Notes under the pieces: generated by a model
Databases searched by the model: none
What the model was told of the DNA's origin: nothing
Seen by the model: the letters and a program-made list of their open reading frames with translations, nothing else
Part shown: positions 46,611-55,784 of the stretch, one piece after another
Layout: each line of letters starts with the position of its first letter
Numbering within the stretch: position 1 is the first letter of the stretch
Source of the DNA: Lachnospiraceae bacterium
GTDB taxonomy: Bacteria; Bacillota; Clostridia; Lachnospirales; Lachnospiraceae
DNA length: 64,000 bases
Assembly (NCBI GenBank): GCA_024690825.1
Contig: JAILOK010000027.1
Coordinates: forward strand, 15,377-79,376
Reading direction: 5' to 3'
Position numbers and translations under genes: made by a program

Positions 46611-47363
46611 TTATCCCTTAAGCGGAACTTCAAAAACCTTCATGTCATCAAGTCTGATGAAAAGCGCGCCGGTCTTTATTGTACTGCTGTACCCCACGGC
46701 GCAGCCTCCGTCTATATCGATAAAGTTTCCTTTTTTGTAGATCTTCAGATCATTGTACTCATAATCTCCCAGGAAATTCTGCATGATATATCCCACCGGC
46801 ACATGACCGGTGATAAAGGTGTAATCATATTTTTTGTAAATATCGCTGCCTTTTGTCTCTCCATGCCTGTATACCGAGGTCCATACTATATTCCATACCG
46901 CAGCATATTCCAGCTCATGATATTTTTTGTTCTCATATTTTGGAACATAGTAAGAGTGAGTCAGGCAGAAATCCTTACCGCCAACATTGATGGTCTTTAT
47001 CACATACCGGTCCCGCAGCCACTCAAGAAGTGCGATCCTGTCTTTTTCCTTAAGTCCTGTATATTTTTCAAAAGTTATCCTGCCGCCGTTATAATAAAGC
47101 CAAAGATCGGTATCAGCCCCGCTGCACTTATTCTTTCCGTCCGGATCAACAGAGTTTAACATCATGAATTCATGATTACCGATGAGAAGGTCCATGTTCT
47201 CATGACTCATTACATATCGAAGTATCTCTATGCCGCCTTCTCCCCTGTCCACAGCATCTCCCAGAACATACAGCATATCCGTATCCTTAAGGCCGATCCT
47301 TTTGATGCCCTCGATAAAAGCGTCATATTGTCCGTGCAGATCCGAAACCGCATATACCGACAT
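46611..47363 (-). CDS. Calcineurin-like metallophosphoesterase (lambda-PP/PphA-like Ser/Thr phosphatase family)
   Basis: SDLHG, LGDAVDRG, GNHE, THS, TGHVP, DIDGGC. Confidence 0.9.
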   Translation of the reverse strand: MSVYAVSDLHGQYDAFIEGIKRIGLKDTDMLYVLGDAVDRGEGGIEILRYVMSHENMDLLIGNHEFMMLNSVDPDGKNKCSGADTDLWLYYNGGRITFEKYTGLKEKDRIALLEWLRDRYVIKTINVGGKDFCLTHSYYVPKYENKKYHELEYAAVWNIVWTSVYRHGETKGSDIYKKYDYTFITGHVPVGYIMQNFLGDYEYNDLKIYKKGNFIDIDGGCAVGYSSTIKTGALFIRLDDMKVFEVPLKG

Positions 47364-47382
47364 ATCATTTCCTCCCTATCAA

Positions 47383-47424
47383 GGATATAATAAAAAAAGA
47401 GACAGGTCAAAAGAAACCCGTCTC
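47383..47424 (-). promoter_or_regulatory. Promoter/operator copy 1 (upstream of the phosphatase-HD unit)
   Basis: 28/30 identical to 50725-50754; 26-bp dyad GAGACAGG-N10-CCCGTCTC (47399-47424) overlapping TTGACC-N17-TATCCT. Confidence 0.7.
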
Positions 47425-47447
47425 TTAAAACCATAAAACCTGTAAGA

Positions 47448-48605
47448 TCATTTATAAAGTTCCGCTGCCTGCTTAAGCCTTAGTTTTACTTCGGTGGCAA
47501 GATCATCGGGTTTTATTATCCTGATGTTCTGACAGTACTGGACTGCCACCAACGCCATTCCGCCGAAAGTCGTTTTGCTTATCCTGACTTTGATCCATTT
47601 TTCATCCGGACTTAACTTTTCCGGAACGGATGAAAACGCTTCCTTCATATCTTCTTCTGCTGCATCGGTCATCTGAAGATTATTTTTGTCCATGCCGAAG
47701 ATATCCACCAGAGCATTGATCATGCCGTTTTTTTCATCGGTCCTGACAAGCATCGTGACCGGGATCAGCTTTCCGCCGAACATGATCGGATGAAAGGTCC
47801 TGTATGATGAACCCGTCGCAAGCTGGTTTGTCCTGTCTTTTTTTGAATTCAGGATTTCCAGGATCTTTTCAGGCACATCCTTTCTGTCCGCTTCCTTTAT
47901 TTCCACGATCCTGTCTATCCTTAAATTCACCGGAGTATCGAATTTCTCATTAAAACATGCGCAGTAATAATACCCGTTTCCCCAGACAAGCTTTAAGGGC
48001 TTAAAAAACTTCGGATACCCGCTCCTCGGATGCAGCGCGCAGTCCGTGCCGTAGTTGCAGTAGGTAATAAGGGCGATCCCCTTTGTTTTTATTATGCGGC
48101 TTAAGATCCTTATATTGTCAAGCACCCGAGCTTCGGGCTTTTTCAGGTTTGCGTCATTCGGATCGTTTGAGAGATACTTCGTGATATCGTAGGATTCCGG
48201 ACAGACGGCCATGAGCCCTTTAACGATATCTGCGATATTCTGCGTGGTGATGTAATTATAAGCCTCGATCGAATCCCTTAAAGCCAGGATCTGCTCCTTC
48301 TTAAACGGCTGTCTGTAATAAAAGTATTTTGTCTGCGACCTGCCGGTTTCAGAGCTTCTGTAGGGCACAAACGATTCTCCCGGCAGTTTGGATTTCATGA
48401 CCATCCGAACCGGCCCGTGACTGCCCAAAATTGCCAGCTCATCGAGGTTCCGGCTGACGGTCTTTTTATCAATGCCGTCTCCCGGCAGGATTGATGCGTA
48501 TTCGGAATTTATCTTTGCGGCGACCTGGGACGAAGTAAGCGGATTCTGCTCGTCACTGTGCTTTTGCAGCGTCTGCAGGATAAAGAACATATAATCTCTG
48601 GACAT
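47448..48605 (-). CDS. WYL-domain transcriptional regulator (wHTH-WYL-WCX)
   Basis: N-terminal ILQTLQKHSDEQNPLT...KKTVSRNL; WYL core KPLKLVWGNGYYY and LRIDRI; C-terminal IRIIKPDDL. Start MSRDY at 48605. Confidence 0.88.
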   Translation of the reverse strand: MSRDYMFFILQTLQKHSDEQNPLTSSQVAAKINSEYASILPGDGIDKKTVSRNLDELAILGSHGPVRMVMKSKLPGESFVPYRSSETGRSQTKYFYYRQPFKKEQILALRDSIEAYNYITTQNIADIVKGLMAVCPESYDITKYLSNDPNDANLKKPEARVLDNIRILSRIIKTKGIALITYCNYGTDCALHPRSGYPKFFKPLKLVWGNGYYYCACFNEKFDTPVNLRIDRIVEIKEADRKDVPEKILEILNSKKDRTNQLATGSSYRTFHPIMFGGKLIPVTMLVRTDEKNGMINALVDIFGMDKNNLQMTDAAEEDMKEAFSSVPEKLSPDEKWIKVRISKTTFGGMALVAVQYCQNIRIIKPDDLATEVKLRLKQAAELYK

Positions 48606-48675
48606 ATTTTTTCTCCTCAGGCGATATGATGTCACGAATCACTTCTTTCGTCAATCGATCGCCGCCGTCTGCTTA

Positions 48676-50667
48676 TTAGATACTGCCAAACCCAAAGCCT
48701 CTGCCCGCTGCGCCCCGGCCGTTCTGCATGCAGGTGCCCCTCTTTTGTCTTGCTATCGCCTTTCTTATATCGGAGGGCGTGATCTCCTGAAACTTCCGCC
48801 TGTCGTTTGCCGTAACCTTCATATCCCTCGTCCTCTGCGCCGCAAAGACGGCAGCGTTTTCCAAAAGGCTTCTGGCTTCGCGTCCGTTACCGAAATCCCT
48901 GGACTTTGAACGTTCCATGAAGTAAGCCTTTATCTCATTGTCGGCCCTGCGTCCCAGTATGAACTGCTGGTTTGCCGCAAGCCTGTGCACTATCTCCACC
49001 ATCTCATCGGGCGTGTAGGACTTGAAGTATATGGTCGAGTTGATACGGCTCTTTAATCCGGGATTGGAGTCAATGAATCTCTTCATGAGATTATCCTTTT
49101 CCTCCACATCCACTCCGCCGTAGCCTGCAAAGAGCACCAGTTTTTCGTTTCCGCGGTTTTCGATCTCGGTTATGAGGGTCGATACCGCCTCCTGCGAAAA
49201 TATGTCCCCGCCTGCAGATGAGCCGTCGCTTATCGTCAGCGAATAGGCTTCGTCGATCATTATGATATCGTTATTCTCAAAGAGGTTTTTCACCTTAGGC
49301 GCGGTGTGTCCGACATACATGCCCTTCAGGTCGGCTCCGTTTATGCAGGTGAAACGGTTTCCGGGCAGCAGATTCTCCTCCATCATCATCTGTCCCATGT
49401 ACTTTGCAACCGTGGTCTTGGCAGTTCCGGGTGCGCCCAGAAGCACATGCACATTATGGAATTCTCCCTTGTCGAGTCCGAGGTTTTCCCTTCTCCTGTA
49501 GTACTTCATCACATCAACGACCTCCCGGACTCTCTGCTTTACTTCCTCCATTCCGCAAAGACCCTTCTCGAGTTTTTTCGCGCTTGTTTCTCCTGCCGTC
49601 TTTTTGTCCACAAGATTGGCAAACCTTTTGAGCACATCAAAATCCTTTTCCTCAAGCACATCGGATCCGCTTCCCTGCTGCCTGATATAATGAAGGATCT
49701 GTCCCATCAGTATGGATTTTGCCGGATTTCTCATGCTGTTTATGCGGCCTGTGATCTTCCGGCAGGGAAAATCCTCTGCCAGGGTAAACTGCTCCCTTTC
49801 CACCCAGTTTTCAAACTGAGTGGTACGGTAATCGAGAACCTTTTCCTTATCCCATTTTCCCCGAAGATCTATGACAGCTGCGCTTTCTTCGAGCACCATC
49901 CTGGTAAATTCGGGATTTTCAAAATTGTTTGAGCTGCCATCACTGTCTTCAAACGGAAATTCATCGATCATGTCGGGTTTGATGTCGAGTACGAAAAGGT
50001 GTCTGTTTTTCCTGAAATGCATGCCGACTTCCGAACTGAAATTCGCGTAAGGGTTTCCGCAGAAGCCCGTGAAATCACCCGGATTTTCAATGACACAGAC
50101 ACTTTCCCTTGTCGCCTTATACCACCAGGGATCCCTTCTTCTTGCATTATTCTCACCCTTCATGCCAAGTCCCGCATCATCAAATACGCTGTAGAGATTT
50201 CCGCCGGTAGTGTCATTTCTGACCTCGGCTATGGTGATTATCGGGATCCTTCTGCAGTGTTCATGCCACTCTGTCACATCGTCAAGCGCAAACTCCTCCT
50301 CTTCTTCATCCGCATATTCATTTTCAAAGACATCCTCTCCGTTCTCATCCATGATCCCTCCCCCGAAAAAAAATCCGTTCTGATCGGAGGTATCCCGGGT
50401 CTCTATATCGTTATAAATGCCGGCAAGATAGGTGAGCGCCATAAATCCCAGTTCCTCATTATCGCTTCTGATCACGACAACTCTGGAGGGCTTCTTTTCA
50501 GCCTGCTCCTTAAGAGTTTCAAAAAACAGGGCACCGTTTTTCAGATCCTCCGTAAGCCTGCTTTTTTTCATTTCTTCGGGTATCTCAAGATACCTGATCA
50601 GTTCCCTTCCCCTCCCCTCAAGGAATCCGGTGCGGACATCGGGTGAAAGCAGATTTAATTTTTTCAT
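48676..50667 (-). CDS. AAA+ ATPase of the CbbX/SpoVK/EccA type with long unknown N-terminal region
   Basis: LCGMEEVKQ, Walker A GAPGTAKT, LKGMYVGHT, Walker B IMIDEAYSL, NPGLKSRI, GNGREARSL. Confidence 0.9.
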   Translation of the reverse strand: MKKLNLLSPDVRTGFLEGRGRELIRYLEIPEEMKKSRLTEDLKNGALFFETLKEQAEKKPSRVVVIRSDNEELGFMALTYLAGIYNDIETRDTSDQNGFFFGGGIMDENGEDVFENEYADEEEEEFALDDVTEWHEHCRRIPIITIAEVRNDTTGGNLYSVFDDAGLGMKGENNARRRDPWWYKATRESVCVIENPGDFTGFCGNPYANFSSEVGMHFRKNRHLFVLDIKPDMIDEFPFEDSDGSSNNFENPEFTRMVLEESAAVIDLRGKWDKEKVLDYRTTQFENWVEREQFTLAEDFPCRKITGRINSMRNPAKSILMGQILHYIRQQGSGSDVLEEKDFDVLKRFANLVDKKTAGETSAKKLEKGLCGMEEVKQRVREVVDVMKYYRRRENLGLDKGEFHNVHVLLGAPGTAKTTVAKYMGQMMMEENLLPGNRFTCINGADLKGMYVGHTAPKVKNLFENNDIIMIDEAYSLTISDGSSAGGDIFSQEAVSTLITEIENRGNEKLVLFAGYGGVDVEEKDNLMKRFIDSNPGLKSRINSTIYFKSYTPDEMVEIVHRLAANQQFILGRRADNEIKAYFMERSKSRDFGNGREARSLLENAAVFAAQRTRDMKVTANDRRKFQEITPSDIRKAIARQKRGTCMQNGRGAAGRGFGFGSI

Positions 50668-50724
50668 ACCTTACCTCCTTTTGAAATGACGCTTAAGCGT
50701 CCCGCCTGATCCTCCTTTGTTCGG

Positions 50725-50766
50725 GGATATGATAAAAAAAGACACAGGTCAAAAATGACCTATGTC
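50725..50766 (-). promoter_or_regulatory. Promoter/operator copy 2 (upstream of the AAA-WYL unit)
   Basis: GGATATGATAAAAAAAGACACAGGTCAAAA; 26-bp dyad GACACAGGTCA-AAAA-TGACCTATGTC (50741-50766) overlapping TTGACC-N17-TATCCC. Confidence 0.7.
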
Positions 50767-50795
50767 CATTTTCCGTAAATTAAATTTGTATACAG

Positions 50796-51035
50796 CTATT
50801 TTATCTCCGGCATATACCTGTCAATCCACTCCGGATCTATACCCTGATCCATCGCCTCTTTCCGATACTTCCCTGTAACCTCATCCGGTGTAGGAACATA
50901 GACTGTAGAACATCTGACTGAATTCATGAAATCATCGTTCATATTCCGTTCGCTGATCTGCAGCTGCTCGATGTATTCCTTGTAAATCCGGCATCGGTGG
51001 TATTCCAACGCCATTTCTTCAGTAATAAGGCCCAT
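50796..51035 (-). CDS. 79-aa hypothetical protein
   Basis: RBS AAGAAGAGGT before the ATG, fills an otherwise empty gap, same strand as its neighbours; no motif recognised. Confidence 0.5.
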   Translation of the reverse strand: MGLITEEMALEYHRCRIYKEYIEQLQISERNMNDDFMNSVRCSTVYVPTPDEVTGKYRKEAMDQGIDPEWIDRYMPEIK

Positions 51036-51174
51036 AGATTTAATACCTCTTCTTTAAAATCGAATATCTTGCAATCGCCAGAATAATAGCCACCACGATA
51101 ATCACAACCGTCAATACTCCTCCACCCAGCGTTGCAAGAATGGAAAATATCTTTTTTAAGCCCTGCTGTATTTC

Positions 51175-52527
51175 CTACTTTTTGATCAGCTTCACATTCC
51201 TGATATGGACGGTTGCCGTCGAGCCCTGTTTGCCCATATTAAATTCCACCCTTCCGTTGTCGTCGGTCTTTTTGTCCATATTGACATCAAAGGTAAAGGT
51301 CTGCCAGTCGTTTGTCAGGTCTACCGGCGTATCCGGGAAATAGCGTATCCAGTCCACATCCGGAGCCGTGATCGCAGGCTTGATCGTACGCGGCTCATCT
51401 GCCTTTGCCTCAAATGAAAATTCATAGGAGCATCCCTCTTCCATCGGCATTTTTGGCTGTACCAGCTGCACCGAATATTCCTCAGTGCCTTCGTTTGTCG
51501 ATGTTATTATTATCTCATGATCGCCGATCTTTGCCTCTCCTTCACCTCCGTTAAAGAGCAGGAATTTCCAGTTTTCATCATCGGTAAGATCTTCCTTTTC
51601 CCCAAAATCGCTGTTGTAAACCAGGTTCCCGTCAGATGCGGCTTCTCGAAGTTCAAGCACCTTTTCCGGCTTTTTGACATTTTCATCATAGGAATCCTTC
51701 TGGAACATCCTGACATAGTCCACATACATGCAGGCCCTGTCATCAAATACCGTCGTCTCGTCGGGATCTCCCGGCCAGTCGCCTCCGACAGCGACATTTA
51801 AGATCACATGGAAGGGTTGGTTAAAAGGCGCGGGATACGGCTTTTCCTCTTCTCCCTCAACGGCGGAAAACCAGTCGTCTGCCGAATGATACTCTTTGCC
51901 GTCGCAGTACCAGGTGATCTTCCCCGGCTCCCATTCGACCGCGAACACATGGTATTCATCCGCAAAATCTCCGTCAGCAAGAGAATACGAACCCTGAACC
52001 TGTTTGTGCGGTTCACCGAAATGGACCGTGCCGTAGTTCACCTTCGTGCTGTCTCCGAGCACCTCCATGATGTCTATCTCTCCGCATTTCGGCCACTGTC
52101 CGTAGTATTCCTCATCCTGCGGCATCATCCAGAAGGCCGGCAGGAAACCCTTTCCTCTCGGCACCTTTAATCTTGCCTCAAAGTATCCGTATTTCAGATC
52201 GTGTTTATTCTGCGTATTCACGCGTCCCGACTTATAGACTGCGCTGCTGCCTTCACCCTCTTTCACGGGTCTTATCACAAGCTCTCCGTCCTTTACATAC
52301 GCATAATCAGGACTTGCCACATATTCCTGCAGTTCATGGTTTACCCAGCCCTTTTCATGCACCTCGTAATTCCAGTCTTTCTCATTAAGTTTTTTTCCGT
52401 CAAATTCATCCGACCATACGAGATGATAGCCTTCGGGGATCACCATGTCCGCAGGCGCCGTCTTGCCGCAGGCAGTAAGCGCTGATACCGATATCACTGT
52501 CAGGATCAATAAACCCGTTTTTTTCAT
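51175..52527 (-). CDS. GH16 beta-1,3(-1,4)-glucanase lipoprotein with C-terminal CBM4/9-like module
   Basis: Lipobox LTAC; WSDEFDG, catalytic GEIDIME, FHVILNVAVGGDWPG; CBM-like VQLVQPKMPMEEG...Y.FSF.AKA. Confidence 0.92.
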   Translation of the reverse strand: MKKTGLLILTVISVSALTACGKTAPADMVIPEGYHLVWSDEFDGKKLNEKDWNYEVHEKGWVNHELQEYVASPDYAYVKDGELVIRPVKEGEGSSAVYKSGRVNTQNKHDLKYGYFEARLKVPRGKGFLPAFWMMPQDEEYYGQWPKCGEIDIMEVLGDSTKVNYGTVHFGEPHKQVQGSYSLADGDFADEYHVFAVEWEPGKITWYCDGKEYHSADDWFSAVEGEEEKPYPAPFNQPFHVILNVAVGGDWPGDPDETTVFDDRACMYVDYVRMFQKDSYDENVKKPEKVLELREAASDGNLVYNSDFGEKEDLTDDENWKFLLFNGGEGEAKIGDHEIIITSTNEGTEEYSVQLVQPKMPMEEGCSYEFSFEAKADEPRTIKPAITAPDVDWIRYFPDTPVDLTNDWQTFTFDVNMDKKTDDNGRVEFNMGKQGSTATVHIRNVKLIKK

Positions 52528-52543
52528 TTATCGGATACCTCCT

Positions 52544-53587
52544 CTATTTTCCCATTATCTTTACCGGATAACTCGTGCCGTCAACTGTAACTTCGGTTAT
52601 GCGCTCATAGCCCGAAAAAACATCCTCTTCGACATATTCATACTTATCCGGAGTCTGGCCTGCCTCAAGATTTTCTATGATCTTTTTGACCCTGGGTCCG
52701 TGCAGCGGATTGCACTCGCCGATACAGGATATGCTGCCGTTCCTTAAGTTTTCAAGTGCCTGACGGCTCACACCGTCAAAGGACATCACGAGCACTTCCC
52801 CGCCGCGGATATTTCCGCCGGCCTTTTTCCCGGCAGCCTCCAAAGCTTCTATCGCTCCGAAGGCCTCATTGTCATTCTCGCAGTATACCACATTTATATT
52901 ATCATACTTTTCAAGCATCCTTGCCGCGGCTTCCCTGCCCTTTGCCTGGGTATATTCCCCGGGAACCGCATCCAAAAGACGCCATCCGTTTTCTATGACC
53001 GCGTCCCGCAGTCCCGTCGTTCTTCCTATCTGGGCAGATGATCCTATCGTTCCCTGGATATCCACGATATTGACATCCCCGGGATCCATATGCTGCCTTT
53101 CAAGATAGCTTTTAAGCCATGCGCATGCCTTCCTGCTTTCGAGCTTGAAATCAGATCCCACCCAGCAGGTGAAGAGACTGTCGTCATCCACGTTGACCAT
53201 TCGGTCCACGATGATCACCGGGATTCCGGCGTCCTTTGCTTCCCCGAGGACCGTATCCCATCCGTCCTCCGTGACCGGGGCCAGAACTATATAGTCGACC
53301 TCCCTCTGAATGAAGGTCCTTATCGCCGTGATCTGATTCTGCTGCTTTTGCTGGGCATCTTCAAAGATCAGTTCATAACCCTTATCCCTGGTAAAGGTTG
53401 ACCGCATCGATTCGGAATTTTCCTTCCGCCAGTCGGACTCCGCCCCGACCTGCGAAAACCCGATCACGATAAGATCCTCCTTCGCTTCGGGCACCTGTTC
53501 ATTTACGACTTTACGGGATGCACTCTGCGCACATCCCGTAATCAAAATCATACAAAAACAAATAATACTGAAAATGTTTTTATTCAT
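52544..53587 (-). CDS. Sugar ABC substrate-binding lipoprotein (RbsB/YtfQ-like), second copy
   Basis: Lipobox ITGC; IGFSQVGAESDWR, AGIPVIIVDR, YCENDNEAFGA. Start MNKNI at 53587. Confidence 0.9.
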   Translation of the reverse strand: MNKNIFSIICFCMILITGCAQSASRKVVNEQVPEAKEDLIVIGFSQVGAESDWRKENSESMRSTFTRDKGYELIFEDAQQKQQNQITAIRTFIQREVDYIVLAPVTEDGWDTVLGEAKDAGIPVIIVDRMVNVDDDSLFTCWVGSDFKLESRKACAWLKSYLERQHMDPGDVNIVDIQGTIGSSAQIGRTTGLRDAVIENGWRLLDAVPGEYTQAKGREAAARMLEKYDNINVVYCENDNEAFGAIEALEAAGKKAGGNIRGGEVLVMSFDGVSRQALENLRNGSISCIGECNPLHGPRVKKIIENLEAGQTPDKYEYVEEDVFSGYERITEVTVDGTSYPVKIMGK

Positions 53588-53663
53588 AACCTCAATTTGC
53601 AAAAAACCAACAAGAAAAACTACACCGGCTGCCATAAAATGTTGCTACGATATATATAATTAT

Positions 53664-54695
53664 TTATTTTTTCACAGATCTCTTCTTCCTTGCCATGACC
53701 ACAGACTGTATCACAAGGAAGATACAAAGCATTGCCGCGATCGTGATACCTGTCCACCATGCCTGGTCAAGACCTGCGCTCGATACGATATTCTGGATCG
53801 TGGACAGTGACAGCACTCCAAAGAAGGTTCCTATGATGTTGCCGACACCGCCCGTCAGCATCGTTCCGCCTATGATGGAGGATGCTATAGCGTTCATTTC
53901 GGCACCCTGCGCATGAGTTGCCGCTCCGGATCCTACATGAAGGAAATATACATATCCACCTATGCCTGCAAGAAGTGAACAGATCATGTGCGACATGAAC
54001 TTGGTCCTCTTCACATTAATACCGAGCATCAGCGCGCTCTGCTTGTTTCCGCCTACCGCATAGAAGCTTCTGCCAAGCTTTGTCCACTTAAGAATGCAGA
54101 ACATCAGGATCACGATGATGATCGCAATGATAACTCCTATCTCAACATATGCATTTACATATATGCCCTTCTTGTTGACAGATCCCATTCCGGGAACGAT
54201 GATCCTGGCATTCTTCAGTGCCTGGAACTTCTCATTCTGCACATTGAACGGGTTGGTATTGACTATGGTCGTCATGCCTCTTGCAAAGAACATGCCTGCA
54301 AGCGAGACGATGAACGGCTGTATGTCAAGGTAAGCGACCAGAAAGCCCTGGACCAAACCGTATGCCAGGCCGATGCCGATGGCTATGAGCATCGAAACAG
54401 CCACATTTCCGCCCTTGAAATCAAGGTAGACCGCTGCGCACATACTTACGAGTGCGGTCACGCCGCCGACCGAGATATCGATACCGCCGGTGATCATGAC
54501 AATGCTCATGCCGCAGGACAGTATAATAAGAGCTGCATTGGCATTAAGGATGTTAAAGAAGGTCTGGGGCTTTAAGAAGCCCTTGCCCTGAAAAATGATC
54601 GCGCCTATGTACATCAGAAAGAATACGACTATCGTGATGGTAAGGAGAAGCTGCGTATCAGTCATATCCTTGAATTTCTTTGTAAGATTTGACAT
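53664..54695 (-). CDS. Sugar ABC permease (YjfF-like)
   Basis: ITGGIDISVG, QPFIVSLAGMF, GRSFYAVGGN, EMNAIASSIIGGT. Confidence 0.9.
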   Translation of the reverse strand: MSNLTKKFKDMTDTQLLLTITIVVFFLMYIGAIIFQGKGFLKPQTFFNILNANAALIILSCGMSIVMITGGIDISVGGVTALVSMCAAVYLDFKGGNVAVSMLIAIGIGLAYGLVQGFLVAYLDIQPFIVSLAGMFFARGMTTIVNTNPFNVQNEKFQALKNARIIVPGMGSVNKKGIYVNAYVEIGVIIAIIIVILMFCILKWTKLGRSFYAVGGNKQSALMLGINVKRTKFMSHMICSLLAGIGGYVYFLHVGSGAATHAQGAEMNAIASSIIGGTMLTGGVGNIIGTFFGVLSLSTIQNIVSSAGLDQAWWTGITIAAMLCIFLVIQSVVMARKKRSVKK

Positions 54696-55784
54696 TTATG
54701 CTGCCTCCTTCCTCTGTATTCCAAGATTCTTTGTAAGACCTCCAAGCTTTTCCCTCACTACCGGCGCAGAGAAGACCACCAGAAGGATGACCACTACCGC
54801 CTTGTAAGCGGGAAGCGCATCGGACGGAACCTTGAACTTGAAAAGCGTGGTTGTAAGCATCTGTATAACAAAAGCACCGATGACAGATGCTGCCATGTTG
54901 AACTTGCCTCCGCTCAGGGCATTTCCGCCGAGAGCAACCGCAAGGATCGCATCCATCTCTATGTCCTTTGCGATAACCGAATAGTTGATCGAGGACAGAC
55001 GGCTTACCTTGATCAGCGCCGCAACCGCGACACAGGCACCGAGGATAACGAAGGTCAGCCATTTGATGAATACGGGATTTAATCCGTTAAGTCTTGATGA
55101 ACTTTCATTGATACCGACTGCCTGGGTATACAGACCGAGGTTTGTATATTTAAGAACAAGTGTTATTATCACAACCATCACAGCCGCGATAAAGAAAGGC
55201 GTCGGGATCGGGATTCCCGGAATGAACCCGCCGTAATAACCGAACTTGGGATCACTTATTATGGGAAGCTCGTTGTTGTTGATCCATGCCGCTATGGAAC
55301 GGCCCGCCGTATAAAGGATCAGCGTCGCCACCATCGGCTGTATCTTGAATATGGCCACCAATGCTCCGTTGAATGCTCCGAATGCCATTGCCACGAGCAT
55401 GCTTATTATGAATGCCACAAAGATCGGTGTCCTTAAGGTTTCGGGCCTGGTATTGGTACCGCAGAGCACCCGAAGGAGTGTGCTTCCTGCGATGGCTATT
55501 GCCGCGCCCACACTGATATCCTGTCCGCCGGATGCTGCGGTAACAAGCGTCATTCCTATAGCCAGTATCGCAAGCTCCGAGCCGTTATCGAGCACAGTCA
55601 TGAGATAACCCGAAAGGACGGGGTTTCCTGCGCTGTTATATCCCATGGATATCTTGAAAAATCCGGGATCGGCTATCAGATTGAAAAGCAAAAGGATAAA
55701 CATTGCCGCAAGGGGAATGAATATCTGGTTTTTATAGATCTTTGAGAGGACGATCGTTTTTTTCCTGTTTGTTGCCGGACTCAT
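54696..55784 (-). CDS. Sugar ABC permease (YtfT-like)
   Basis: GGQDISVG, QPMVATL, AVGINE, EMDAILAVALGG. Confidence 0.9.
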   Translation of the reverse strand: MSPATNRKKTIVLSKIYKNQIFIPLAAMFILLLFNLIADPGFFKISMGYNSAGNPVLSGYLMTVLDNGSELAILAIGMTLVTAASGGQDISVGAAIAIAGSTLLRVLCGTNTRPETLRTPIFVAFIISMLVAMAFGAFNGALVAIFKIQPMVATLILYTAGRSIAAWINNNELPIISDPKFGYYGGFIPGIPIPTPFFIAAVMVVIITLVLKYTNLGLYTQAVGINESSSRLNGLNPVFIKWLTFVILGACVAVAALIKVSRLSSINYSVIAKDIEMDAILAVALGGNALSGGKFNMAASVIGAFVIQMLTTTLFKFKVPSDALPAYKAVVVILLVVFSAPVVREKLGGLTKNLGIQRKEAA

